From an uncultured Actinomycetes bacterium (GTDB taxonomy: Bacteria > Actinomycetota > Thermoleophilia > Solirubrobacterales > 70-9): a DNA stretch of 64,000 nucleotides. Of the stretch, positions 48,496-58,135 are shown piece by piece (within the stretch, counting starts at the first letter, position 1; the number at the start of each line of letters is the position of its first letter). A model generated the notes under the pieces. The model did not search any database and had not been told where the DNA came from. It saw only the letters and a program-made list of their open reading frames with translations. The translations under genes and the position numbers were made by a program. The DNA is taken from positions 20,596-84,595 of the forward strand of contig CAVSIF010000003.1 in NCBI GenBank assembly GCA_963728025.1, written 5' to 3'.

Positions 48496-49296
48496 CTAGC
48501 CCGGCTCGCCGTCCGACTCGTCGATGCGGGCGCTGCCGCCGAGGTAGAGGCGGGCGACCTCGGCGTCGTCGAGCAGCTCGCGGCCGCGGCCCTGGAAGCG
48601 GTTGCGACCGAGGTCGAGCACGTAGCCGCGATCCGACATCGCCAGCGCCCGCCGCGCGTTCTGCTCGACCATCACCACGGTCACCCCCGCCTCGTTGATC
48701 CGCCGCACCTGCTCGAAGACGGTGGCGACGAAGGCGGGGGCGAGGCCGGCGGAGGGCTCGTCGAGGAGGAGGACGTGCGGGTCGGGTATCAACGCTCGCG
48801 CCATCGCCAGCATCTGCCGCTCGCCGCCGCTCATCGTCCCCGCCGCCTGCGCGCGCCGCTCGCCGAGCCGCGGGAACAGCTCGTACATCGCGGCGATCCG
48901 CTCCCGCGTGCGCGAGCGCTCGAGCGAGCCGATCTCGAGGTTCTCCTCGACGCTGAGGCTGGGGAAGACGTTGTCGAGCTGCGGCACGTAGCTCATCCCG
49001 CGCCGCGCGATCGAGTGCGGCTCGAGGCCGGTCAGGTCCTCGCCCCGCAGCGAGACCCGGCCGCGGCGCGGGTGCAGGAGGCCGAAGATCGTCCGGATCA
49101 GGGTCGACTTGCCGGCGCCGTTGGGACCGACGACGGTGACGATCTCGCCCTCGCGCACGCTGAGCGAGACGCCGTCGAGGATGTCGACCTCCGGCAGGTA
49201 GCCGGCGACCAGGTCGGTAGCGACGAGCAGTGGAGTCGGTGCCGTAGCCGACATTGACCCCACCCCAGTGTGGTCAATCTCCGATGCGCCGTTCAC
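48496..49296 (-). CDS. livF: branched-chain amino-acid ABC transporter ATP-binding protein (LivF-like)
   Basis: Walker A GPNGAGKSTLI, signature MSGGERQML, Walker B LLLDEPSAGL. GTGA overlap with the upstream gene. Confidence 0.85.
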   Translation of the reverse strand: MNGASEIDHTGVGSMSATAPTPLLVATDLVAGYLPEVDILDGVSLSVREGEIVTVVGPNGAGKSTLIRTIFGLLHPRRGRVSLRGEDLTGLEPHSIARRGMSYVPQLDNVFPSLSVEENLEIGSLERSRTRERIAAMYELFPRLGERRAQAAGTMSGGERQMLAMARALIPDPHVLLLDEPSAGLAPAFVATVFEQVRRINEAGVTVVMVEQNARRALAMSDRGYVLDLGRNRFQGRGRELLDDAEVARLYLGGSARIDESDGEPG

Positions 49297-50060
49297 GCGC
49301 TCCCGCCCAGGTAGGCGTCGATCACGGCCGGGTCCTCGCGCACCGCTTGCGGCGCGCCGGCGGCGATCACCTTTCCCTCCGCCATCACCACGACCCGGTC
49401 GGAGTGGTTCATCACCACCTCCATGTCGTGCTCGACGTAGAGGATCGTCATCCCGCGCTCGCGGCGCAGCCGCTGCAGGTACTCGAGCAGGCGGCGGCCG
49501 AGGCTGGGGTTGATCCCGGCCATCGGCTCGTCGAGCAGCAGCAGCCGCGGCTCGGTCATCAGCGCCCGCGCCAGCTCGAGCAGCTTGCGCTGCCCGCCCG
49601 AGAGCGTGCCGGCGTAGGCGTCGGCGAGCTCGGCGAGGTGGAAGAACTCGAGCAGCTCCAGGGCCTGGCCGTGGACCTGCCGCTCGTGACGGCGCACCGC
49701 GCCCGGGTGCAGCACCAGGTTGCGGAAGCGCTCACCCGGCTGCTCCGGCGCCGCCAGCATCATGTTGTCGATCACCGGCATCGCCTCCAGCGCCTTGGTG
49801 ATCTGGAAGGTGCGGACCATGCGGCGGCGGGCGATCGCGTAGGCGGGCAGGTTCAGCACCTCCTCACCAGCCAGGCGCACCGAGCCGCCCTCGGCGCGCT
49901 GGAAGCCGGTGATCGCGTTGAAGAGGGTGGTCTTGCCGGCCCCGTTGGGGCCGATCAGCGCCGTCAGCGACCCCGCGCCGACCTCGAACCCGGCGCCGTC
50001 GACCGCGCGGATCCCGCCGAAGCGCTTGACCACGCCCTCGACCTCGAGCAGCTCAGTCAC
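49293..50060 (-). CDS. livG: branched-chain amino-acid ABC transporter ATP-binding protein (LivG-like)
   Basis: Walker A GPNGAGKTTLF, signature LSGGQRKLLELAR, Walker B LLLDEPMAGI. Confidence 0.85.
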   Translation of the reverse strand: MTELLEVEGVVKRFGGIRAVDGAGFEVGAGSLTALIGPNGAGKTTLFNAITGFQRAEGGSVRLAGEEVLNLPAYAIARRRMVRTFQITKALEAMPVIDNMMLAAPEQPGERFRNLVLHPGAVRRHERQVHGQALELLEFFHLAELADAYAGTLSGGQRKLLELARALMTEPRLLLLDEPMAGINPSLGRRLLEYLQRLRRERGMTILYVEHDMEVVMNHSDRVVVMAEGKVIAAGAPQAVREDPAVIDAYLGGSA

Positions 50061-51048
50061 CGAGGACCATCTCCTCGCGCTTGCCGAACAGGCCCTGCGG
50101 CCGGAACGCCATCAGCCCGATCAGGACGGCGCCGACGATCGCGAAGCGCAGCGCCGCCGTCTTTTCCTCGCTGATCGGCAGTTCGACGAAGCGCGTCCCT
50201 TCGAGCAGGGTCCAGAGCACGATCGCGCCGACGACGACGCCCTTGTAGTTGGCGAGGCCGCCGAGGACCAGCACTCCGAAGGCGAAGAAGGTGACGATCG
50301 GCTCGTAGTCGTCGGGGTGGATCGTCGCCAGGAAGAGGGCGAGGAAGAAGCCGGCGAAGGCACCGAGCAGGGCCGAGATCGCCAGCGACTGCAGCTTGTA
50401 GAGGAGGGTGTTCTTGCCCAGCGCCCGGGTCGCGTCCTCGTCCTCGCGGATCGCCCGCAGCACCCGTCCCCAGGGCGTCCCCTGCAGGTAGGTGAGGGCG
50501 AGGACGCCGATCGTGACCGTGGCCCAGATCACGAGCAGCAGTGGCAGCAGCGGCTCCGGGTCCGACCAGAAGTTTTCGATGACGCCGAGCATCCAGTCCG
50601 AGACCGAGCGCCAGGAGTCGTCGAAGCAGGTCTGGTTGACGCCTTCGAACTCGCAGTAGAGGCCTTTGTTGCCGCCGGTGACGCCGCGCGCGTTCTGGGC
50701 GACGAGGCGGACCACCTCGGCCATCGCCAGGGTGACGATCGCGAAGTAGTCGCCGCGCAGGCGCAGCGAGGGCAGCCCGATCAGCACCCCGAAGGCCATC
50801 GTGATCAGCACCGCCGCCGGCAGCGCCAGCCAGAAGGAGAGGCCGGCCTCGAGCACGAGGATCGCCATCGAGTAACCGCCGACCGCCATGAACCCGGCCT
50901 GGCCGAAGTTGACGATGCCGGTGAAGCCGACGTTGAGCTGGAGGCCGAGGGTGACGACCGCGTAGATCCCGGCGACGACGAGCACGCCGCTCCAGAAGCC
51001 GACGTTGGTGAAGGCCTCGAGGGTGAAGGCGAGCGGCGGCGCGCTCAT
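50053..51048 (-). CDS. livM: branched-chain amino-acid ABC transporter permease (LivM-like)
   Basis: Start MSAPPLAFTLEAF at ATG 51046-51048 (ATGA overlap with the upstream gene). Polytopic, with LRLRGDYFAIVTLA motif. The 5' half of the listed 665-aa ORF is out of frame over livH. Confidence 0.85.
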   Translation of the reverse strand: MSAPPLAFTLEAFTNVGFWSGVLVVAGIYAVVTLGLQLNVGFTGIVNFGQAGFMAVGGYSMAILVLEAGLSFWLALPAAVLITMAFGVLIGLPSLRLRGDYFAIVTLAMAEVVRLVAQNARGVTGGNKGLYCEFEGVNQTCFDDSWRSVSDWMLGVIENFWSDPEPLLPLLLVIWATVTIGVLALTYLQGTPWGRVLRAIREDEDATRALGKNTLLYKLQSLAISALLGAFAGFFLALFLATIHPDDYEPIVTFFAFGVLVLGGLANYKGVVVGAIVLWTLLEGTRFVELPISEEKTAALRFAIVGAVLIGLMAFRPQGLFGKREEMVLGD

Positions 51049-52031
51049 ACCGTCCGCGCCTGGCCGAAGATCCCCTGCGGGCGGATCACCAGCGCGATGA
51101 TCAGCGCCAGGAAGCCGAAGGTGAGCTTCCAGCGCGGCTCGACGACCAGGGTCGAGAGCTCGATCACGACCCCGAGCACGAGCCCGGCGCTCAGCGCCCC
51201 GAACGGGTTGCCGATGCCGCCGAGGATGACCGCGGCGAAGATCGGCAGCAGCAGCTCGAAGCCGAGCTCCGGCCGCAGGTTGGTCAACGCTCCGGAGAGC
51301 ACGCCGGCGAGCCCGGCGAGGGCGCCGGCGAAGAGCCAGGTGAAGAGGATCACCCGGCGGGTGTCGACCCCCGCCGTCTCGGCCAGGGCGAGGCTGTCGG
51401 AGAGCGCCCGCATCCGTTTGCCGAGCAGGCTGAAGCGGATCGTCAGCCCGACCGCGACCAGGACCGCGATCCCGACGACCACGACCATCAGCTCCGTCTG
51501 GCCGATCCGCAGGCCGAGGAAGCTGACGCTGTCGGTGACGTTGACGTCGAGCGTGCGGATCTCGTTGCCCCAGAACCACTGGATCGCCGAGCGGATCACG
51601 AAGGCGAGCCCGATCGTCATCAGCAGCAACTGCAGCCAGCCGGCGCCTTTCTTCCGCATCGGCCCCCACATCAGCCGCTCGGAGGCGAGCCCGAGCAGCG
51701 CCGTCGCCACCATCGCGCCGACGATCGCCGCCGCCAGCGGCAGCCCCCAGGTGACGTTGACCAGATAGGCGATGTAGGCGCCGAAGGCGAGGAAGTCGCC
51801 GTGGGCGAAGTTGACCAGGCGCAGGATCCCGTAGACCAGGGTCAGTCCGACCGCCCCGAGCGCGTAGATCGTCCCCAGGGTGAGGCCGTTGAGCGAGGCC
51901 TGGGCGACGTCGTGGAGGCCCTCGCCCACGATCAGGGCGAGCACGACCAGCCCGAGCGCGCCGAACGCCGCCGAGGCGGGCCGGTCGTCGAAGAGGTCCC
52001 TCAGCGCGTCGGCGCGCGGCGACGGGTTCAC
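51045..52031 (-). CDS. livH: branched-chain amino-acid ABC transporter permease (LivH-like)
   Basis: 328 aa, polytopic, with LVNFAHGDF motif. Confidence 0.85.
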   Translation of the reverse strand: MNPSPRADALRDLFDDRPASAAFGALGLVVLALIVGEGLHDVAQASLNGLTLGTIYALGAVGLTLVYGILRLVNFAHGDFLAFGAYIAYLVNVTWGLPLAAAIVGAMVATALLGLASERLMWGPMRKKGAGWLQLLLMTIGLAFVIRSAIQWFWGNEIRTLDVNVTDSVSFLGLRIGQTELMVVVVGIAVLVAVGLTIRFSLLGKRMRALSDSLALAETAGVDTRRVILFTWLFAGALAGLAGVLSGALTNLRPELGFELLLPIFAAVILGGIGNPFGALSAGLVLGVVIELSTLVVEPRWKLTFGFLALIIALVIRPQGIFGQARTV

Positions 52032-52243
52032 AGCACCGCTTTACCCGCAACTCCCTGGAGCAAGCTGAGGCTCGATTGCCAGGGGGTCAAGACAACTTGC
52101 GTCGCTGCGGCTCAGTGTCAAATTTAGGTGCGACTTCTTGTCGGTAGAGATTTTTAGGACGCTGGGACCGCTTTACAAGCGGTGTAAAGGGGGGTTGCGC
52201 ACCACGCCGTCAGTGTCAACTTTCTAGAGCTATACTTGACAGC

Positions 52244-53422
52244 ATGGATATCGACCGTCTCTCGAAGAGTCCGGTGGGAAGCCTGGTGCCGGTCGTGGGG
52301 CCGGACCCCGCCACCCACGAGACGGTTGAAGGCAGGGCCTTTCTGCCCGCTCGCCTGCCCTTGGAGCTGGCACTGTCGACGGGAACCTGGAACAAGGTCA
52401 ACGCGGCGACCGCCGCGCTTGTGCGGCTCGACGGGGCAGCTCGCCTCATTCCCCGTCCGGCCCTGCTTCGCCGTCCGACCTTGCGTCGCGAGGCCCAGAG
52501 CACCAGTGCGCTCGAGGGAACCTATGCGCCTTTCGCCGAGGTGCTCGCCGCCAATCGGGAGGATCAGCGCCACATGAGCGCCGAGCTGCGCGAGGTCTTG
52601 AACTTCGAGGAGATGGCGGAGCTCGCCTTCTCTTGGCCCGAGGATCGCGCGTTGACCGTGAGCATGCTCGGCGAGCTGCAGAGGACCTTGGTTCAGGGGA
52701 CTGCTGGAGAACTGGCAGATGCCGGCGGTCTGCGCAACCGAATCGTCGTAATCGGCTCGCCTGGGCGTCCTTTGGAGGAGGCGCGCTTCGTGCCCCCACC
52801 ACCGGGCGACCAGCTGCGAGCCGAGGTAGAGGCGCTGCTTGCCTGGGTCGCCAACCCCCCGCAGCTACCGACCGTCGTGCAGGCGGCGATGGCCCATTAC
52901 CAGTTCGAGGCGCTCCATCCGTACTCCGACGGCAATGGCCGCCTTGGCCGCCTGCTCGTCATCGTCCAGCTGCTGCGGGGCGCCGTGATTCGCGAGCCGC
53001 TGCTGGTTGTCTCGCCCTGGTTCGAGCTGCGCCGCGACGAGTACCAGGACGAACTGCTCAGCCTCAGTTGCGACGGGAGCTGGGATCGCTGGGTCGCTTT
53101 TTTCGCCGCCGGGGTTGCCGCCTCTGCAGCGGCTTCGCAAACGAAGGTCGAGGACCTCGTTTCACTACAGCAAGAGCTTCGAGGCAAGGTCCAGCGGGCC
53201 GGCAAGCGTGGCGTTGCAGAGCGCCTCGCCCCCGACCTGGTCGGTGACCCATACCTCACCGGTCGGGAGATCGCCGCTCGCTACGACCTCTCGCGCCAGG
53301 GGGCCCTGCTGGCGATTCGGACCCTGGCCGACCTCGGGATTCTCGAGGACACTCGCACGGTCGACCATCACAACGCCCGCATCTATGTGGCGCCCGAGGT
53401 TGTGCGCATCATCTCGGCCTAG
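52244..53422 (+). CDS. Fic-family protein (Fic_N-like region, Fic core, C-terminal winged-helix-like region)
   Basis: Fic motif HPYSDGNGRLGRLL. N-terminal ...REAQSTSALEGT block typical of Fic_N. Preceded by a low-GC intergenic region. Confidence 0.88.
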   Translation: MDIDRLSKSPVGSLVPVVGPDPATHETVEGRAFLPARLPLELALSTGTWNKVNAATAALVRLDGAARLIPRPALLRRPTLRREAQSTSALEGTYAPFAEVLAANREDQRHMSAELREVLNFEEMAELAFSWPEDRALTVSMLGELQRTLVQGTAGELADAGGLRNRIVVIGSPGRPLEEARFVPPPPGDQLRAEVEALLAWVANPPQLPTVVQAAMAHYQFEALHPYSDGNGRLGRLLVIVQLLRGAVIREPLLVVSPWFELRRDEYQDELLSLSCDGSWDRWVAFFAAGVAASAAASQTKVEDLVSLQQELRGKVQRAGKRGVAERLAPDLVGDPYLTGREIAARYDLSRQGALLAIRTLADLGILEDTRTVDHHNARIYVAPEVVRIISA

Positions 53423-53474
53423 GCGGAGTTGAGCGCTTGGAGCAAGCCGGGCGGGCCGAGCGAGCGGCCCGGCG

Positions 53475-53681
53475 CTACGCGGCGAGCGTCTGGCGGGCGC
53501 GGCGGGCGGGGAAGGCGATCAGCTCGCCCTCCTCGGCGTAGAGCGGCTCGAAGTCGGCGACCGCGAGCACCACGTAGCTGTAGCCGCAGGCGCAGACCTC
53601 GCGCTCGAGGTCGTCGAGGTCCTCGACCAGGACATCGGCCTCCTCGGCGCAGTCAGAGCAGACGACAAGTGCTTGCCACAT
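53475..53681 (-). CDS. small Cys-containing acidic protein (possible zinc ribbon)
   Basis: MWQALVVCSDCAEEADVLVEDLDDLEREVCACGYSYV: CxxC plus CxC. Divergent from the hemopexin operon. Confidence 0.45.
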   Translation of the reverse strand: MWQALVVCSDCAEEADVLVEDLDDLEREVCACGYSYVVLAVADFEPLYAEEGELIAFPARRARQTLAA

Positions 53682-53756
53682 GCAGGCATGGTCCCCTCTG
53701 GGCCGGACGTACATTCCCCGCCTCTATAAGTAGTGCACCGTTTTCCGAGGGATTCC

Positions 53757-53785
53757 TTGATTAAACGGTTGCAGTCACATACCGT
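53757..53785 (+). promoter_or_regulatory. candidate promoter of the hemopexin operon
   Basis: TTGATT, a 17-nt spacer, then TACCGT (TAnnnT-type -10), ~40 nt upstream of ATG 53825, which has GAGGAAG 8 nt upstream. Confidence 0.3.
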
Positions 53786-53824
53786 GCCCGCGTTCGAGAC
53801 GAGAGGCGCGGCGAGGAAGTGGGT

Positions 53825-55072
53825 ATGGCGGTACTTCCAGACGGGGCACGGGGTTGCGTCCTCGATCCGTCCCGGACCAAGGCGTACTTCTTCGCCGGGG
53901 AGCGGTACTGGCGTTATGACCTGCGGCGCGAATACGGCGAGCTTCGCTACCCGGCGCCGCTGGGCGAATGGACACTTCCCGCCGTGTTCGCCGGCGGGAT
54001 CGACGCCGCCGTCGACCTGAAGGGGACCGAACCGGCCGCGGCCTACTTCTTCAAAGGCGACCAGTGTGTGCGCTACATCTGGGAAGCGGAACCGCTGCTG
54101 TCAGCGGAGCCGATCGATGCGTTCTGGAAGCTCGGGACCGTGGCGGGGTTCGCCGGGGGCATCGACGCCGCCTGCAACGGCGAGGGCCCCCAGGAGGGCT
54201 ACACCTACTTCTTCAAGGACGACAGGTACGTTCGCTTCAGCTGGGGGGCGATGGCGATCGACTGGGGGCCGGCGCTGATCGCCGAGTACTGGAACCTCGG
54301 CCCCGGATTCGAGGACGGCATCACCGCCTGCTGCACCGCCGTCCGTTCCGGCCGGGTGAAGACCTTCTTCTTCAAGGGGGACCGCTACGTCCGCTACGAC
54401 TGGGGCCACGAACGGGCGGACCCCGGTTACCCGCTGCCGGTCAGCGCCGGCTGGCCGTCCGGGTTGGCGGTCTGGGCCGAGCACACGAGCGCGCCGCTGC
54501 GAAGCTGCGCCGACGCCCGGCTCGAAGCCGGCGAGCACTGGCGGTTCTCCTACCCAGAGGGGACGCCGAAGGGGCAGGCGGGATGGCAGCTCGGGGTCAG
54601 GTTCACCGACCCGGCCGGCCTTGCCGGCGCGCTCGAGCGGGCCAGGATCCCGGTCTTCTACGGCGACGACAACGCCGGCCGCGACCCGATCGCGCCGGGG
54701 TCGGTCACGCGGCTGGCGATCGTCGCCGCCGGCGAGTCGGGCTCCTCGCTCGGGCTGCCGTCGCTCGACGCGGACCGGAAGCGGATCGGCAACCTGCTCG
54801 CCCCGGGGGCGCCGGTCATCCTGCTCGGCGGTGACTCTGCCCGCGACGCGGCCGGCGAGGACCTGCTGAAGGCGCTCTCGGCGACCTGGCCCGGACACCC
54901 GGTCACCGGCTTCACCCGGGCCGCCGAGGCCGACGCCGGGGGCGGGCAGCGCCGTCCCGGTCAGCCCTGCGACAACCCGGGCCTGCGGGTGACCGACCAG
55001 GCCTGGGCGCACGAGGGCCTGCCGCACCACCGCAAGACCGCGCTCAACGGCCAGGTCGATGTCCACGCCTAG
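53825..55072 (+). CDS. hemopexin-repeat protein (four blades) with ~200-aa C-terminal domain of unknown function
   Basis: Four repeats: KAYFFAGERYWRYD, AAYFFKGDQCVRYIW, YTYFFKDDRYVRFSW and KTFFFKGDRYVRYDW, each preceded by GIDAA/GITAC-like segments. No signal peptide. Confidence 0.8.
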   Translation: MAVLPDGARGCVLDPSRTKAYFFAGERYWRYDLRREYGELRYPAPLGEWTLPAVFAGGIDAAVDLKGTEPAAAYFFKGDQCVRYIWEAEPLLSAEPIDAFWKLGTVAGFAGGIDAACNGEGPQEGYTYFFKDDRYVRFSWGAMAIDWGPALIAEYWNLGPGFEDGITACCTAVRSGRVKTFFFKGDRYVRYDWGHERADPGYPLPVSAGWPSGLAVWAEHTSAPLRSCADARLEAGEHWRFSYPEGTPKGQAGWQLGVRFTDPAGLAGALERARIPVFYGDDNAGRDPIAPGSVTRLAIVAAGESGSSLGLPSLDADRKRIGNLLAPGAPVILLGGDSARDAAGEDLLKALSATWPGHPVTGFTRAAEADAGGGQRRPGQPCDNPGLRVTDQAWAHEGLPHHRKTALNGQVDVHA

Positions 55073-58000
55073 CCACAGCCTCGCCGCTGTCCGCGCCGCC
55101 GACCTGCTCGTCCTCAACATCGACCTCTTCAACCTGGAGCCAGACGGGGCGGCGCTGCGCCGCCAGCGCCCGGGCGAGCCGGCCCGGGTTGTCCTCCGCT
55201 TCCCCTCCCAGCACCTGCTCGAGGAGGCCTTCGACGAGCTGCACCGAGACAAGCGACGGCGGCCAGCCGTTGCTGCAGCGGTTCTGGGCCGCGGCCGGCA
55301 AGCCGGTGGCGCTCGCCGGCGCCTACGGCGCGGCGCCCTCCCGCGTCGCTTTCGCCGTGCCCGACGAACTCGAAGAGATTCCGGGGACGCTCGTCGAGCT
55401 GCTCGACTTCCTCGCCGGCTGCACGCTCAGCGTCGTCGGCACCGCCGAGGGGCCGGCCCCCGACGGCATCTCCTTCTGGCCGAAATGGCCGTGGATCGAC
55501 CTCGGCGCGGGGACGTTCGGGGGCGGGAGGGGAGAGGAGCCGCGCCCGGACTCGCTGGTTGACGCCCGGCCCCGACCAGACCGCGATCGAGCTGCCCTAC
55601 CGGCTGGTCCTCTCGCCGCGCTCGCGCGCCGGCTTCGCCCACGCCGGGGCGCCGCCGGCGCTGTCCGGCCTCGACCGGGTCGAGCTTTGGCACTCGCGGC
55701 TGGGACTGAAGCCGGGGCGGGAGGGTACGCCTCGCGACCGCGCTGAGCGCACGGTGCGCGCGGTCTGGGTGCGGATGGTGCGACGTGGGGAGGACTGGGA
55801 CCCGGCCGAAGCCTTCGCGCTGCCGCCGGAAGTGGACGACCCCTTCCCGGCGGCGCTGAACCAGACCGAGCGCCACGAAATCGCCCACCTCACCTCGAAC
55901 TACTGGCAGCGGGAGCTGGACGTCCAGCCGATCGAGGTCGAACGGCTCGCCCTCAGCGCGGTCGGCGGCTGGCTCGACGCGACCGGCCGTTGGGAGTACC
56001 GCCGGGGGAGCCTAACCCTCGAGGAATGGACGAACCGCACCACGCAGGGGCGCGACCACTATGTGAAGGTCGTCAGCGCCGGATACCTGTTCCCGTTCGG
56101 CCACCGCGCCTCCCTGATCGAGATCACCGAGCGCAAGTGGCAGGAGGCGGTCCCCGGCCGGCCGGCGGCGCTACGCAAGCGCAGGTTCGTGATCGTGCGG
56201 GTGCCGGAGCTGGGCTACGGCGACGCCGGGGCCGGCCCGCTGCCGCGGCGGATGCCGCTGAAGCGGGTGCGGCTGAAGACGCTGGTGACGCCGGTGATCA
56301 CCCCGCCGGCCGACGAGCGGCTGTTCCGCGTCGAAGTCGAGGGCAAGCCGTTCCACTTCGCGATCGAAGGCGCGGACGAGCGCGGCACGATCACCCAGTT
56401 CGCGATGCCGCTCGTCTTCGTCAAGCCACCCCCGCAAGGGCCGATCGACGTTGCCGCGGCGAGCGGTCAGCTGACCCGGGACAAGGCGCACCGCACCGAC
56501 CTCGGCGGCAGCTCGCTGGCGCTCGTGCCCGAGCGCCCGCCGCCGGCCGCCGACCCCGACGCGACCAAGGGCACGACCAGCTTCCCGGTCACCGCCGCCG
56601 CCTTCAATGCCGAGCCCGGGGGCGGCATGGCGGCGGGCTTTCACCCGGTCCTCGCCGATGCCAGGATCGCCGTGCCGGCGGTCGAGGCCATGACCGGGCG
56701 GCCGACGGCGGAGACGTTCGAATACGCGGCCCCTTATGTAGGCCACGGCTTCGGCCCGGGCAACGCGGGCGAGGTCTTCGCCAAGCTGCCGGCGCCGCCG
56801 CAGCTCGGCCTCAGCGGCGCCGCCAGGGAGGCGGCCGGGCTGCTGGCGCCGAAGATCGCGATCGGCGGCCTCTCGCGCGCGGTCGGGCCGCTCGGCGGAA
56901 CCGACCTCGCCAAGCTCGCCGACAACGACTTCGACCCCGTCAAATTCTTCGCCGGCGCGCTCGGCGGCGCGAAGCTGTTCGGCCTCTTCCCCCTCGACGC
57001 GGTGATCGAACGGGTGCTCGGCCCGCTCGACGCGCTCGGCTCGGCGCCGCGGCTGATCAGCAAGAAGCTCCCGGACGGGCGGCTGGTCGCCGAGTGGGAC
57101 TACTCGCCGACCCTGCAGCCCTTCCCGACACCAAAGGATCCGAACGAGACACCGCGGGATTCGGTCGCCGTCTTCGCTCCCAACTCGAACGGGGGCGGCC
57201 TCAAGCTGCGCGCCCGGATCGCCGCCAACGGGAACGAGCCGAAGCCCGAAGTCGAGTGCACGCTGACCAAGGTCGACCTGCGCTTGCCGCCCGGCAAAGA
57301 CCGCTGCATCGAAATCCCGGTCGAGCGGATTCGCCTGCTCGCTGTGGCCGGCGCGAAGCTCGACGTCGACGTCGTCCTCGGCACGATCCAGTTCGCCGGG
57401 CCGCTCGCCTTCGTCAACGAGCTGCGCGAGCTGATCCCCGCCGACGGCTTCAGCGACCCACCCGCGCTCGAGGTCACCCCGGAGGGGGTCTCCTCCGGCT
57501 TCTCGGTCGCCCTGCCCGATGTCGCGATCGGCATCTTCGCCCTCCAGCACGTCAGCCTCGGCGCCCGCTTCGAGCTGCCCTTCATCGGATCGCCGCCGAG
57601 CTTCTCGTTCAACTTCTGCACCCGCAACGAGCCGTTCCTGCTCACCGTCTCCGCCTTCGGGGGTGGCGGCTTCTTCCTCGTCAGGCTCGACCCGGAAGGG
57701 ATGCAGCGGCTCGAGGCCTCGCTCGAGTTCGGCGCCAGCGTCTCGATGAACTTCGGCGTCGCCAGCGGCGGCGTCCACGTCATGGCCGGGATCTACTTCT
57801 TGCTCGAAACCGCCGGCGCGAAACTGACCGGTTACTTCCGCGCCGGCGGCAACGTCTCCGTGCTCGGCATCGTCTCGATCTCGATCGAGCTCTACCTCGG
57901 CCTCGAATACGACCCCGACTCGGGCAAGGCGATCGGCCGCGCCAGCCTCACGGTCGAGATCGAGCTCTGCCTCTTCTCGACCTCGGTCCAGATCAGCTGC

Positions 58001-58135
58001 GAGCGCAAGCTCGCCGGCTCGGCCGGCGACCCGCCGCTGACCGACCTGCTCTCCCCGTACAAAGACCCCGACGACAAGAGCGGCTCGCCCCGGATCATCG
58101 ATCCCTGGGCGGACTACTGCCGCGCCTATGCCTGA
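55059..58135 (+). CDS. giant hypothetical protein (~1,024 aa); two apparent indels (~55245 and ~55560)
   Basis: Three listed ORFs (55059-, 55189-, 55559-58135) join without stops. ATG overlaps the hemopexin gene stop by 14 nt. Gly-rich beta-like C-terminal module. No known catalytic motif seen. Confidence 0.65.
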
